Below are positions 1 to 14,690 of a stretch of 64,000 nt of DNA, piece after piece; positions within the stretch are counted from its first letter, which is position 1, and each line of letters begins with the position of its first letter. A program made the position numbers and the translations under genes. The stretch lies in the NCBI GenBank assembly GCA_965644265.1, contig OZ286467.1:56358001-56422000 (forward strand). Direction: 5' to 3'. The notes beneath the pieces were generated by a model, which saw only the letters and a program-made list of their open reading frames with translations, was not told where the DNA came from and ran no database searches. This stretch comes from Glycera tridactyla. Its lineage: Eukaryota.

Positions 1-939
1 TGTAATCCCAACGTTTTCTCAATTTGTCGTTAATCAGATCAATACATCATCTTAAAATTGTGTTAGGTTAGATCATTTGCCCCTTCTTGAAAAGCTCCGA
101 TCATGATTCATTCAATGATATTGGCCACGAGAGTCAAAATCGGTGATGTTAGCACTTTCATTGACCATGGTTAACCTAGGGTTGATGCATGCAAGCAATG
201 TTCTGTATACAGCATTAAATGGTAGGGTTGATATGCATCTTTTCAGTGCTTCAAGGTCAATTATCACAGGAATGCGATTGTGAACCTGGCAGACAGCGCT
301 CCATATATATGTTTCGAATCATGAAATTCGGACCAGCATTATCGGATATATAGCACAGAATTCATCTGCAGCCATTATATAACAGTTGTTGGAGTTTCCT
401 GATTCACAACATCTCGGGGGGAAGCACACATGGCCAGATTTTTAGGGTTCTTGGTTGTGGGCCGATCACATCCCTGATTATTAATATTCGAAATGTTACT
501 GTATATTTTCCTGTATTGATGTCCAGCCTATCATAAACCATCCCATACACAGGTTCATTGAGTGATATATTCAAGTATTTGATATTTTCAAAAAGTTCAT
601 TGGGTTGGTAAAGCATCGGAATCATTTTTGAACCTATGCTGATATTTCAACACATTGCCTGTCAATTTTTCAACTCTTATATATTACAAGACATGTTCAA
701 GTGTTAATAAAGTGTTGCAAGTTGATAAACGTGTTTGAGTGATATTCTCAAAAAACACTTTAATGCGTTATTGGATAATAGATGCAATCCATTAACACAT
801 CAATATATTTAAAAAGTGTTGCAAATAAGTGGTAATTTTAGCTTTAAGATATGAATACTTGTTTTGAGAGTGTGGATAGAAGTAATTTCTGGATGTGTAT
901 CCGTGATGCTCGTCAATCTCAGACAGACAACAGGATTCC

Positions 940-1750
940 ATTCACAATCGGTTGAGGAAGGTGTCCTTGTGCATGAACTATCACTTTAGAGGCATCTGTC
1001 CCTGTTTTTGAGGATGCAGCATCTTTCTTCTCACCATTGCCACTTATAATGCAGCTTAGATGACAAAAAGTGGCAAATATTTCAACATTTTTTTTGCATG
1101 CCAATAGATGGTGATAAACTGCTCTGATTCCCATGTAACATGGAATGGGTGTTGTAAAAGCCTTTTCTGCTTTGTATGGATCACTTGGGAAGCTCTTTAT
1201 GAGTCTATTTTTTCATGAAAATGGCTGCTGCTTCCAGGAATTTCTTGCCAGTTCATGATCGATGTCGGTGTTTGATCAGGGTTGAAACTGCTAATGATAT
1301 TGGTACTCTCTCCCTTTTTCCGTTCATTTTAAACTAATGTTTCATTCCTCATTATGGGTATATGTTGAAGCATTTCAATCTTGGAAGGCATCAAAGTTAT
1401 TGTATGATTTAGTGATCCATGAGTTTCACATGTCTAATGATTTGGTTTTGAGATTGAGATATCCACATCCCGGTCATTTTGACACAGTGTGCAGCAGGTG
1501 GACAGGATCAATGTGGCACCCACTTGAGTGGCAGGAAATTGGAATTGATTTCTCTCCCACATACCAGCACAGGAGATGTGTGTACTAGTCATCCTTTTTT
1601 CGGCATACATGCCTTGTTGCAATCCACTTGGGCTTATTATCAGATCATGCTAGAGAAGGTATTTGCTCATTTCCATGGTTTTATACCTTGCAACTGCAGA
1701 GAGGTTCGATACGCTATGACCCAACTGTACATACCTATAGCACCAACATG
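940..1750 (-). mobile_element. Decayed Academ-type DNA transposase fragment (copy B)
   Basis: Minus-strand translation across stops and frameshifts gives QLGHSVS, VSK*PGCGYL and HLLACKK/MLKY..H in Academ-like order. 1563-1613 aligns at 44/52 nt with 63224-63275, and the similarity continues over about 1437-1510 vs 63152-63222. Confidence 0.5.
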
Positions 1751-4700
1751 GGGTAGGAATTACACCTGACGTGAGCATACTCTCAGCAAATCCTTAGTAC
1801 GAGTGTGCAACACCCCGTGGCAAAATTGGATTACTCACCGCTCTTGTGTGAGGCGTGCAGCACCCTTGACTAATGAGGACACGATTCTATCGCTCACGTG
1901 ATGCACACAACATCATGGCCAATGTGTACATAGTCATAGCATTTGTGCGAGGGAGGCGTGCGTTGATGTAGGCCATACTCATAGCAAATGTCTTCATGAT
2001 ACATGCAACAACCCCTTGCCAATGCAGCCATGTGCGCAGCACTTGTGCGACACATGTGACTCCTCGAGTAATTAATGCACTTTTAGTGAATCCTTGAAAC
2101 CGTCAATATAGGATTGATTTTTGTCTACTGTATCTTGAATTTGCAGATGATATATAGAACATTATACATCTTCTTTGCCAGCAAACCTGATCCTGAAACG
2201 ACAGTTTGCGAGTTGTGATGGTAACTATCATTGTTGCCCTGTTGCTATGGAAACGGTATGAGGAATTATGATTGATTTTGGATATTCAGGCCTAGTGCAC
2301 GAGGGCCTGCTAATCGGGTGTTTAGTGTTTAGTATTCAGTTAGGTAATGTTTTTCTCACGAAACCGATGTTTGTTGTTGAAAATGTGATAATCTTGCTCG
2401 AGTTCGATATGAATATGTGTTTTATCTTGAATGTAAGACATGAATAAAAATTTTGCAAGCAGGGCGGTGAAGAACATCATCAATCAAGTAATTGAGTATC
2501 AAATGTGATTCTCTAGAAGCTATATTGGTCTTACACTGGGACAAAATAGCCTAAAACTGAATGATTCGTTTGATTTCGTTGCTATGACAACTGTTTCAGT
2601 AGGATCCGGGACAACAATATATTGAGAGCCCACGAATCTAACCACAGCAATATCAACATCCTAAAAGCCTTTTCGAAGAAATTTGACAAACCTACAGGAA
2701 TTAATTCTCAAAAAAGTGGATTGATGACCTCCTAAAGTCTCCTTCCCAATGTGTGCCATACTCATATCACCTGTGCAAGGCATCCAAAACTTCCCATTCC
2801 ACCCAGGAGAAATGACAATGATTTTCCTCTCCTACCTTTCACACGAATCGATTTGCGCTTCGTGATGAATGAAGGCTAAACAAATCATTCAGAAATAGAA
2901 GCAATTGGTTCTAGACACCGGTGATGATCGAGAACTTGTGAGCAATGGACTCCGGACTATATTAGTTGGATATCATGACTATCTCATGGATTCGGGTATG
3001 CATGATATTTGTGAAATAATGTCTTCCTCCTGGTCATATTATGCTTTTTGTCTCGAAATCAATCGAATTGAACTATTATTACTGAAAAGGCACCATCGAG
3101 ATCTACTATGTTGATCTGGATGCGCTAGATCTGCTCTGTGCGAACACTTCATCTATCCTTCATCAACATTTTTCAGTATAATGCTATCATGCGTCAGTGA
3201 TTCTGCCGAAGATGCCATCCATTTTATTTGTCCGCATTCTCTTCCTTGTTTCTCATATCTCACTTTGAATAGTCTGCAAAACCTCCATACTTCACAATGA
3301 GATGACCCTGAACATGCTTCTCATCACCTACCTATCATCCAGCCAATACTGCCACTTGACGAACTTTCACACTCCCCATTTTATTGTGCTCATGGTTTGT
3401 GTGAGGGCTGCCTGCAGTGGACAGAACATCTAGGTCTCATTTGCCAGGATCACACATCATACATAATCCTCTAGGTCGATCCATGCCGTAATCACTCGGC
3501 TCAAACGTGATCCAAGTACATCATGAACAACATTCTGAGATACTTCCTGCCACAACCTACCTCTACAATTTTCTACCCGAGTCTGATCTATGTTCGTAAC
3601 CATATATTCGTCCTTGTACATAAATGTTTTCCCTCACACCAAACAGACGTTCCACCATAGATTCCTCTCGGCCGGACCTTCGAAGATTTCCTCAACAATT
3701 TAAATCTGTACAATTCCGTAGAATGAGCAGATGGAGATGAATCCGAATGGATCATGGCACAGTGAGATTCACATCGCGGGATAATCAGGATATTTTTTCT
3801 CAAACTCAGCAATATTAATTATTATGTATAATTGAAGACTGATATTTCTTAGTGTCGATTCTTAATGAGATGACGTACTTTTTGTCAATTCCCATGATGA
3901 TAAACTCATCCGAAATGCATTAATACCTCTCTGAGCTATTCCTCTCATCCCTCTTAGATGGCATGGAGAATCATCAAAGATCTCAGCAACAAGTCATCTG
4001 GCTATTCCATACCAAATTCAGGTGACATATCAATGATCCATCAGCTACGCAATCTCATACCTCATATTCCTAGACATACATGCGAAACCTTTGAAGCAAA
4101 CAGAGTTAAGAATATGGAAACCTGAAAGATGGGTTTACGACATATCAATCTTCGAGAACGATCCAAGAAATGACACCACCAGAAGATGATATCTCGAATG
4201 GGTAAAACCATGCACATTGCATGGGCATCCCGATATAGCTCAGACCTGCCAAACGACATCGCCGAAAAGATGTGTGGAGTATTCCACCTGCTGCCCCCTT
4301 GGCATGTGTCACGATGGAATTTGAATAATTCCCCTCGACCAATAGTGATAGTCCATTTGAAGGCCCATATTCACGAGATGTTACTATTGCTAATGCATCT
4401 TTTTCGGAGAAATTACTGGGATTTACAGAATCGCATATGGATTTATTCGATGTATATTGATCCCCAACACTGGCCTAAGGCATTTATTCCAATTCATTGC
4501 ATATAACTGACATGTTGTCTGGAGAAATCGAAGTCTATGTCGAGTGAGGTCCAATCCCAATATTCTCTGAAATCATCTAAATTTATATGAAAACTTGTTC
4601 AACTCATTGGAATGGGGATAATTAACCCTGAATATAAAGCTAAGATTGGTATAGCAACCATGGAGCAACCCATATAATGAGTTTCGAAAAAAAAAAGCCA

Positions 4701-6362
4701 GCTCGTATCATTTTATGAAAGTGCACCATTCTCTCATCAAGTGGTCACCTATTTGTCCACCAGGGACGTGGAATGTTATTGCCTGCCTCCTTCACCATCG
4801 TTACCTTGGCAACGTTCCACAGTAGTTATATTTTCGCTCCTGACCAGACGGAAATAGAACGACAGAAAACCATCAAGGTGAAGAGGAGCTGAGGTATGAG
4901 TTTCAGGTAAATGTGCCCCCCCCCCACATGGTAAGAATACTTTCACCAGTTTCTCCACGACCATATATGACGCTTTGCTCCATTTTTACCTTTCTTTCTC
5001 ATCAACCTATTCAGTTTCCGGGGGGGGGGGGGGTAGGGGTATTGGGAAAATGAACANNNNNNNNNNNNNNNNNNNNNNNNNNNNNNNNNNNNNNNNNNNN
5101 NNNNNNNNNNNNNNNNNNNNNNNNNNNNNNNNNNNNNNNNNNNNNNNNNNNNNNNNNNNNNNNNNNNNNNNNNNNNNNNNNNNNNNNNNNNNNNNNNNNN
5201 NNNNNNNNNNNNNNNNNNNNNNNNNNNNNNNNNNNNNNNNNNNNNNNNNNNNNNNNNNNNNNNNNNNNNNNNNNNNNNNNNNNNNNNNNNNNNNNNNNNN
5301 NNNNNNNNNNNNNNNNNNNNNNNNNNNNNNNNNNNNNNNNNNNNNNNNNNNNNNNNNNNNNNNNNNNNNNNNNNNNNNNNNNNNNNNNNNNNNNNNNNNN
5401 NNNNNNNNNNNNNNNNNNNNNNNNNNNNNNNNNNNNNNNNNNNNNNNNNNNNNNNNNNNNNNNNNNNNNNNNNNNNNNNNNNNNNNNNCTCTTTTCGGTT
5501 ATGTCGGGTATGATTCTTTTTAAAAATGGTGAGCCATCAACTACTACATGTATCTCGATTTAAAGTATTATGCAATTCTCCTTCAGCTTATCTGTCCGAA
5601 ACTTTCCCATTTGATTCCAGCTGAAGGATAAATAGATATCAGTAATGCATATTTCTGATGTGATCTTTTCCTGAAGGTGATAAAATGTGAAAGATAGTGA
5701 TCTACGGTGAAGATAGAGCTTTCAATAAGACAATTTCCATTATCGATGGGTTGTTAACGAAATCCGACATTTGGCCAACCCTTCTGTGTTGGTCTAAGAG
5801 GAAGTTTGTTCACCGCGTGAATAATTCTTGAGCAAAAAGGTCCACTGTTTTTTTCCTGGTAGGTTTGACCGATGACAATGCATTGTTCGACCGACAAGTC
5901 TGAATCCCGCAGGTTTCCCAAAAGAGTGCGTCATTCAACAGAGGAGCAAAATATCGAAGTCAAGAGGAATATCGCGTTATTGATTCGGAGGACTTCGAAG
6001 GCATATCCGGTTCGAATCTGCGATGTGTGCAAATGGACTGTCTTTCACAGAACTTAGAAATCCTTGAGACGAGGTAGCCATCTGGCGATGGATTGCTTGC
6101 ATAATATGGTGGGATAATGATCACGTAGCCCTGGCTTGAGCAGCTCACAGGCGATTTGAGTGGAGTTCTGATGCACATGACGTCACTGACTCTTTATTTG
6201 GACTCATCTTCATTATGAACATTGATGAGTATCTCAATTGAAGGCAGATGACATGGACATGAGAGCAGCATTTCACCGAGGATGCATTTTCTGGAAGTCG
6301 TAGCTGGTAGACGGACAATCTGATTGAAACTTGAGATACGACGTGAGGATGTGAACAAATCA

Positions 6363-6831
6363 ATATCACAAGGATGTGTCATTTTCAGTGAAGTATCAGG
6401 TGTTGAGTATTGCGCGTGTTACTTCATAGCTGAGTGAGGACTACTTTTTGATGATTTCTTCCCTAATCCATGTAGTAAAAGCAAGAATATATGTCCGTGA
6501 GGTGAAAGGGATACCAAACTCGGTCTGAATTTCGCAGGATGGACATCTGGCGAAATTCACTCCTTGTTTGGTATTGCGTTTTCACTTCACGGCCATATGT
6601 TCTTGCTATGATATCACATGGATGTGTCATTTTCAGTGAAGTATCAGGTGTTAAGTATTGCGCGTGTTACTTCATAGCTGGATGAGGACTACCTTTTGAC
6701 AATTTCTCCCCAAATCCACGTGATAAAAGCAAGAATATATGGCCTTGAGGTGAAAAAGGAATACCAAACTCGGTCTGAATTGCGCTGAATGGACACCTTG
6801 TTTTTATTTCACGGCCATATGTTCTTGCTAT
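6363..6831. repeat. Tandem duplication: 248-bp unit (6363-6610) plus an internally deleted second copy (6611-6831)
   Basis: Both copies begin ATATCACA.GGATGTGTCATTTTCAGTGAAGTATCAGGTGTT and end CACGGCCATATGTTCTTGCTAT. Confidence 0.9.
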
Positions 6832-8044
6832 AATACTTACTCTGACGGCTAACTAATACTGAGAGATGAGCAGACCTTCTCCATTTGATACCAGTCAATG
6901 ATCATGGCACACTAGGGACAAGTATGGACACTCCCGATCACCCTTTTGCATACAGATTCAGGGAATAACGGTAGTTACCAGACCATCTGGCCGATTTTCC
7001 ATCACGAACTATATTAATAATCTTCCCGGTGCACAAAAGTGCCCACTTGGTTTAGCTGCCTAATCATCTATAAGTTTGAAATTGAACCTTTTGATGAAAT
7101 AATTTCTTCTCACTTCATCATTTTTTTCAAACATATCATGTTGCATCTCCCAAGAAGTGATAAATGGCAGTCCATGATGTGAATTATGTATACTTTGCAG
7201 AGAGCAACGATGAAAAAAATATCACTGTTCGAAATGCGATTTGGAATTGAAATCCTCATCTGAAATTTGCTTGCAAACGAAAAAGCGATTTGAGAAAAGG
7301 AGAGTATCACCAGTGAATGATGTTTCGTGAACATATATTGACAGAAAACGAATGCATCGTTCAAGGACGATGACTGAATCGAAAACATTCACAAGTTTGC
7401 TAACATATCACCATGTACTATCCTCGGAGAGGCTGTAATGTGTTCCGAAATATATTCAATCTCAATTTCTTTCATTTTTTTTACTTCAAGTCATACCAGG
7501 TACAGAGGGACAGGGACTTTCATGTAGTGTTTCGAACTCAAAATGATTGACGAAGGTGCCTTGATATGAAACTAGAAGACAAATAGCACCATGCGTGAGA
7601 TGTAAGATTCTTTCTTTTTGAACAAAAAGCGAACAATAGCCTGTAAAAATATACAGACTTTTCCGGGATATCGCTGGCTACTGAAAATGGTTAGTAGCGA
7701 ACAGACATATTTTCTTTGTGTGAAATGAGATGACGCATGTCAATAATGACTAAGCTGGTATAATATGGTTCATGGAGTATTTCAAAATGAAATGAAATTT
7801 ATTAAGTCAAGATTTACAAAAATATCTCTAGATTTCGAAATTTTTCGAATACAAAATGATTTGGAATGGACTGTCAATTAGTGAATACCTAACCATTTGA
7901 AAACGAGAGAGGAGAGAGTGTACTTCAGCTGAATATCATAACAAGAATTCTGATTTCAATTGCTCCCTTAAATTTCATTCTTGGATATGCAAGAAACACT
8001 TGATTCAGATGATATCGATCAGATCAAAACTAGTGGAAACAATT

Positions 8045-8404
8045 GACAGGGTGATTTCGGTATCTGTGACAGTGTGATTTCGGTATCTGTGACAGTGTGA
8101 TTTCGGTATCTGTGACAGGGTGATTTCGGTATCTGTGACAGGGTAATTTCGATATATGTGACAGGGTGATTTCGGTATCTGTGACAGGGTGATTTCGGTA
8201 TCTGTGACAGTGTGATTTCGGTATCTGTGACAGTGTGATTTCGGTATCTGTGACAGGGTGATTTCGGTATCTGTGACAGGGTGATTTCGGTATCTGTGAC
8301 AGGGTGATTTTGGTATCTGTGACAGGGTGATTTCGGTATCTGTGACAGGGTGATTTCGGTATCTGTGACAGGGTGATTTCGGTATCTGTGACAGGGTGAT
8401 TTCG
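8045..8404. repeat. 23-bp minisatellite GACAGGGTGATTTCGGTATCTGT, about 15.5 units
   Basis: Direct reading of tandem units. Confidence 0.95.
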
Positions 8405-8827
8405 AATTCAGTATCTGTGATACCTTCGAAATCTTCCGAAACTTCGGAACTGAGTCAAATTATGGTGGGCCATACTGCATTATACATCCAATGTTACAGT
8501 AGATAGTGTCCAAAACCATGTACAAATCAACAGCTTCCGCTAACGTGGGCAGTCAAAATCATATTGTAATGACGGGAATCGGCTTTCGATATCGAGCATG
8601 AACCAAAAGAAAACATAGGCATACTGGTGCGGACATCGACCGTTGCCAGTAACCTTGACCAATGCAATCTGCTGTATAAGTGATCTTTCTATCTTTGTAG
8701 TCCTATGGCTTCGCTAAATGAACAATAGAAGACAATGAACAATTGCTCCCTTAAATTTCATTCTTGGATATGCAAGAAACACTTGATTCAGATGATATCG
8801 ATCAGATCAAAACAAGTGGAAACAATT

Positions 8828-9210
8828 GACAGGGTGATTTCGGTATCTGTGACAGTGTGATTTCGGTATCTGTGACAGTGTGATTTCGGTATCTGTGACA
8901 GGGTGATTTCGGTATCTGTGACAGGGAGATTTCGATATATGTGACAGGGTGATTTCGGTATCTGTGACAGGGTGATTTCGGTATCTGTGACAGTGTGATT
9001 TCGGTATCTGTGACAGTGTGATTTCGGTATCTGTGACAGTGTGATTTCGGTATCTGTGACAGGGTGATTTCGGTATCTGTGACAGGGTGATTTCGGTATC
9101 TGTGACAGGGTGATTTTGGTATCTGTGACAGGGTGATTTCGGTATCTGTGACAGGGTGATTTCGGTATCTGTGACAGGGTGATTTCGGTATCTGTGACAG
9201 GGTGATTTCG
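8828..9210. repeat. 23-bp minisatellite, second array, about 16.5 units
   Basis: Same unit as 8045-8404. Confidence 0.95.
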
Positions 9211-12200
9211 AATTCAGTATCTGTGATACCTTCGAAATCTTCCGAAACTTCGGAACTGAGTCAAATTATGGTGGGCCATACTGCATTATACATCCAATGT
9301 TACAGTAGATAGTGTCCAAAACCATGTACAAATCAACAGCTTCCGCTAACGTGGGCAGTCAAAATCATATTGTAATGACGGGAATCGGCTTTCGATATCG
9401 AGCATGAACCAAAAGAAAACATAGGCATACTGGTGCGGACATCGACCGTTGCCAGTAACCTTGACCAATGCAATCTGCTGTATAAGTGATCTTTCTATCT
9501 TTGTAGTCCTATGGCTTCGCTAAATGAACAATAGAAGACCACAGAATGTGTCACAGTACTAACCGGATGGAATACGTCTGACTGCCTCCGGCCTGATGTG
9601 ATTAGACAATACTCGGAAGGAGCAAGCTCTAGCCTTGACCTTTGAAAGAAAGCGTCACTCTGCATTACCAGTTCATCTCCCACACTCCTCAGAAATTGGA
9701 CCCTATGTGTCTAGGAATTTCACGTAATTCCATCTCGAGCTTGGTGCACGGACAGATGAGTCCCGATCGCCTACAACAATCTCAATATGGGCGGGAGGGT
9801 GCACTCACGACGTCAAACAAACAATTTAAGGTCTTTTATAGAAAAATGCGATGTTCACAATGAGTTTGCACCCAAGTGGAAATATTTGAGAACACTGGTG
9901 AGAAACTCCTGATGCCAACCCACCCCTAACGAGAGACAATGATAAATACGAACTGTGTGATATTGGCTGATGTTACAATCACAGAAACTTTATTGTTTGT
10001 AGCTGTTGCTGTGATGATTTTTCACATTGAGTGAATTGTGAATCTACCCCCAGGCATGAAACGAGTGTTTCCTTTCTTTCTTATGAGGATTAATGAGAGA
10101 CATTGCATGTTGGGATTGCTGCGGAAGCAATAAATCGGCGCTTGGGGATGGTGGATACGCTTTTTGTCAGCTTCAACGGAAAGAGCTCTAGATGGATTCG
10201 AAGTTGACGTTTAATCAAGAATAACTCATCATTTGAAGACCAGACATGTGATCCGTAATACTGCATAATGAAGCCATACATTATCCCAAATGGCAGCTAT
10301 TTGATGATTGGAAATTTAGGATAAAGGTAATTTGTGCACTAATTCCCTCGACCAAACGAATGCGGGTACATTCATAGAGGTGGTGACCTTCGAAAATCTC
10401 AAAGGTATGACTGAGATCGGGGGAGAGATCAAAACAGCACAAACAGACTGAAGTGAACTCGAGTCCATTCTTGTGAGTGATCTGTCACCTCGTATCATCA
10501 GTGCTGGTGAAATGCAATGTGGTAGAAAGTGTCATGAGGCTTGTAGTCAAACCGGGTTGTGAGTGATTCGCCAAAAGCAATGCCGAGTGTGAAAAACCTG
10601 GGTTGCGGAAAGACAACTAATTAGCCGAATGCGTTGTAAACTGAGCGAAGCGGTAGCCTAACATATGACATCATAACATGTGACACTGTCTTCAAAATCG
10701 TCTTGACATATTTTCATATTTCTCTAAGATATGGCCATAATGTATTCATATCAAGATGATTTGAAGATGAATCGGGGTACTCTCAGCTGAGATCGAAGGC
10801 AAGTGATACCCCTATTTCAGATAATTCTCATAAAGAAATGGCATCATCTGGCACCTAGCAATCAGTTACGGATATTTGATAGAAAAAGTGCGTGAATTCT
10901 GCTCTGCCCAGCATTCATTTGAATATTGCCTTTCTGTTCTGATGCGATCTCGATATTCTTCGTGGTAAGTATTGCAATCAAAAGCACTGCAAAATGCACA
11001 AGCCGAACCCACTCATGAATGCCATGATTTATGAAAAATGGAATTTTCACATTTTCCGCCTGTTACCGTTCAGTGGGACGCGATAATCCCAAAGGGTGTG
11101 TCAAATCTATGGTTCTCAAGTATATTGAACAAATATGTAGATACGTTGTGAATATGGGCCAGGGAACGTCTGGAGAAATCAGGGCAATGAGCTCGATCTC
11201 TTAGGATGAGATATGATACTTCACAAAATCATGAGTTTGATAAGAGTCATGGGACTTGGATCTATTAGTATTATGCGAGAGCTTTGAGACTCTCTAATTT
11301 AGAATGTAAAGGACGCCCACGCGAGATTGCGAATTCAATTGATCCTGATGTTTCTGCAACACCCAAATCCCTCAGGTTACTGGCCTCAATGAACGAACGC
11401 ACGTGCAACGCCACTGACACCAGCATCCGGTCAGAATTTCAGAGGTCTATCCCGAATGAAAGGTCGTACATTTTCCGCATGGCGGGCTTACACTTTACGT
11501 CTTTATACATGTTGTTTCACCTGTTCGTCGTTGGTGAGTCACCGGAATCATTGGGAGCTAACTGCTAGATTGAGACCTTGGTGGCACTGGGTACACAAGT
11601 TCATGGCAAATGAACAGTTTTATCTCCGTTTCTGCTCTATCGTAATGTTTGTAACGCATCAGCCAGCTTCCAATGCCCACATCTCCCAATCGATTACCAT
11701 AAACAAATCATATTCAGGTAACATATGATATCATGAATATCCCCCAAGACTGGATTTCACACAAGACTGCATTAGAGCGGTAAAGACGCCCGTTTATCTC
11801 CATATTCTGTCATCTGTCGAATATCTTCATCTAAGATAATGACCTATAGTCAACGCTATATCAATGACAGTCATATTCTTCTTAACGCCAGGCTTTTGGA
11901 TACTATGAAGTGTCACACTTGTTCAACCCTGGCATTGACAAGCCCTTTCCTCAACCCGTGATTCGAAATGTTCATGAATATAGATGTTACGCGTAATTCA
12001 GTGAGGTGCCTACTGGTTTGAGTGGAAATATCGGAAATAATTGTTCCTCTTCCGTCACCAGATGATCGACACAATTATCTAATCGGAAATAAAGACACAG
12101 ATAGGCATATTAGTTTCAAGGCATGAGGCTGACAACTAATAAACCATGACAATGATATTTAAGCGAATCAAAGGATTGCAAAGCTGATTCTGCAACGGCT

Positions 12201-13112
12201 GTTAGGATATTTGTAAGTCCTTAGGCACATGAGATGATCATATTCTGATTTTATTCAAATTCAGATTCCTATGGTATTGAATGAGACAGGAGATAGAATT
12301 CAGCTCACTGTAAGTCCAACCTTGTGTCGATATAGTTGAATCCCCTGCTTGGGATGTGTAGGACTTAATGTCTTTATTCTCTTTCGTTCAGTCTTTTTAC
12401 ATCGAACTTACGTATACTATATTGGCCATCCATTCCCTAGGTGTTTCTACGAATTATCATGCAAACCAGCCGTAGAGCTGTAGCATCATTCAGATAATCA
12501 CCATCATGATTGTCGAAAAAGAGCAGCCAAATGCTGGAAATCATCCGTGTATAAGTGTCCAAACATTGAAGTGATGGAGCCCACCCCTGCCAAAAATGTC
12601 ATTAAGGAACTTAGATTCTTACATTAGATATTGTAAGGAATATTGATGTTCCTTGCAGACATGTGATATGACTGTGTATGATGTCAAAGAACTGAAACCA
12701 ATGTCTCCTACTTTAGGAAATTATGCATTATTTCGAAATGTATATACATCCGCACTCATATTCATATTATCGACATATTGATGATGTAAGTGTAGTATTG
12801 CTGTAGTATCATGACACAATATCTAGATGGATTCATGCCAATCATATCATTCATCCCCATGTCATTCATTGTCATAAATCATTGCCATTGGATGTACTCA
12901 CCCTCCTCTCATTGAATCATATATTATTGCTCACACGTTCGTCGTCGTCAAGAAAATGTATACCGATATTTGTTAATGATTATTACGACGATACCGGATC
13001 GATTCATCAGTACATATTCAAGGTCAAATACCAGCAAATGCGCCGTACCTGTAGGCATACTTTCTGGTGTGGTTTGGCTACATGGCTTCATTGTTTGCTA
13101 GTGTGACTGGAG

Positions 13113-13714
13113 CATCATTCATGGTAGTTGGGAATAACTTCAGTCTTTCCTTCAGGCCGCAACATCATTCATGATAGTGGGAAATAGCTTCAATCTTTCC
13201 TTCAGGCCGCAACATCATTCATGATAGTCGGAAATAGCTTTAATTTTTCCTTCAGGCCGCAACATCATTCATGATAGTTGGAAATAGCTCTAATCTTTCC
13301 TTCAGGTCGAAACATCATTCATGATAGTTGGAAATAGCTTTAATCTTTCCTTCAGGCCGCAACATCATTCATGATAGTCGGAAATAGCTTTAATCTTTCC
13401 TTCAGGTCGCAACATCATTCATGATAGTTGGAAATAGCTTTAATCTTTCCTTCAGGCCGCAACATCATTCATGATAGTTAGAAATAGCTTTAATTTTTCC
13501 TTCAGGTCGCAACATCATTCATGATAGTTGGAAATAGCTTTAATCTTTCCTTCAGGCCGCAACATCATTCATGATAGTTAGAAATAGCTTTAATTTTTCC
13601 TTCAGGTCGCAACATCATTCATGATAGTAGAAAATAGCTTTGATCTTTCCTTCAGGCCGCAACATCATTCATGATAGTTAGAAATAGCTCAAATCTTTCC
13701 TTCAGACCACAACA
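13113..13714. repeat. 50-bp minisatellite, about 12 copies
   Basis: Unit CATCATTCATGATAGTTGGAAATAGCTTTAATCTTTCCTTCAGGCCGCAA; TTCAGGCCGC recurs at 13151, 13201, 13251 and onward. Confidence 0.95.
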
Positions 13715-14311
13715 CATGATAACTGGCATTTGATTAATAAGGGCCATTTTAATTCTAAAAGACATGCAAATAGATTCGTTTCACAGGATCCGAGCGAAGC
13801 CGAGAGGGTGAGGAATGACATGATCCAAGTCATGTGACTTGCGACACATAGCTTTATTAAATATGATTATATATCTAGAGCAAATTCCTCGCACATTATC
13901 CGGAACATGTGAGCGTAGTCAGTTGGTGACCTGCCATAAGGATTCATCATCTCTCAACCCGCCCACTCAGTCAATTAACAGTGACGCACAAACCCATCTC
14001 ATATTGGCTCCATCCATCAATCTGGCAATCGATCGATCAATTCCATAGTTATATGCGGGAAATGTCAATGCCCTGCGAAAGTCTCGGAATGGGATCACGT
14101 GTCGATGGAAACCCCAACTCATCTCCACCTACCATCTTTCTTTCTCACTTGTAGCCACATGAGATATACACTCCTGTCACACTATTTGGCGAGGCAGTGA
14201 GGCACGCAGACATTATGTGCAAAGCAGGCATGATCACCATATACAGGTTTCATTTGAAAGCTTCGGTGCAACCAAGAATGTAAATGTTTGTCCATCAACA
14301 GCAGGTGTTCA

Positions 14312-14353
14312 GATGATGACGACGACGACTACGACGACGACGACGACGATGAT
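14312..14353. repeat. (GAC/GAT)n microsatellite about 90 bp into intron 2 of the receptor
   Basis: GATGATGACGACGACGACTACGACGAC... read directly. Confidence 0.9.
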
Positions 14354-14445
14354 TGTTTTCTCTGAAATTCAAGTCCCTGCTGCTGGTTTTATGAGATAGT
14401 GAATATCCACTCGAAGTGAATTTGGTAGGTATGAGGTCTACTTAC

Positions 14446-14690
14446 CTGAGGTAAAGAAGCAATCGAGCTACAGAGCCAAGAGAGTACGAGCATGAGTTTG
14501 CCGCGCTTGTCGGCATCACTGAGACTGAGCGGATGTCGAATTGCGAAATATCGATCCAGAGATATAGCAACCAGCACAAATGATGACAGATAAAATCCAA
14601 AGACACGTAGGAACATGAAAGCCCGGCAGCCTATGTCACCCGCCTTCCATGCCACTGTGGCATGCCAAGCTATCTCCTGAGGTAGCATTC
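14446..14690 (-). CDS. GnRHR: GnRH/AKH-type receptor (class A GPCR), coding exon 2 (end of TM2 to TM4)
   Basis: Encodes (G)MLPQEIAWHATVAWKAGDIGCRAFMFLRVFGFYLSSFVLVAISLDRYFAIRHPLSLSDADKRGKLMLVLSWLCSSIASLPQ, with the DRY motif and ECL1 WxAG..C. Acceptor TTTGTTACAG at 14691, donor CAG|GTAAGT at 14445. The phase-0 intron after PQ in TM4 is the conserved GnRH-receptor position. Confidence 0.93.

Larger units (their letters stand above)
7957..9539. repeat. Near-identical tandem duplication (7957-8733 and 8740-9539), each copy holding a 23-bp minisatellite
   Basis: Both copies start CAATTGCTCCCTTAAATTTC and end AATAGAAGAC, with a 6-nt linker AATGAA. Lengths are 777 and 800, differing by one 23-bp unit. 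Confidence 0.95.

Noticed and set aside
2600-4750. Decayed coding-looking sequence on the minus strand (VERLFGV, SPGWNG)
   Set aside because: Could not be assigned to any family from motifs alone; needs tBLASTx.
8045-13714. 23-bp and 50-bp arrays as CRISPR arrays
   Set aside because: Head-to-tail units with no spacers; ordinary minisatellites.
1-14445. Receptor exon 3 (ECL2/TM5), including an LCVT word near 13985
   Set aside because: No QCVT/TM5-like open exon with splice sites was found by eye; the LCVT is followed immediately by a stop.
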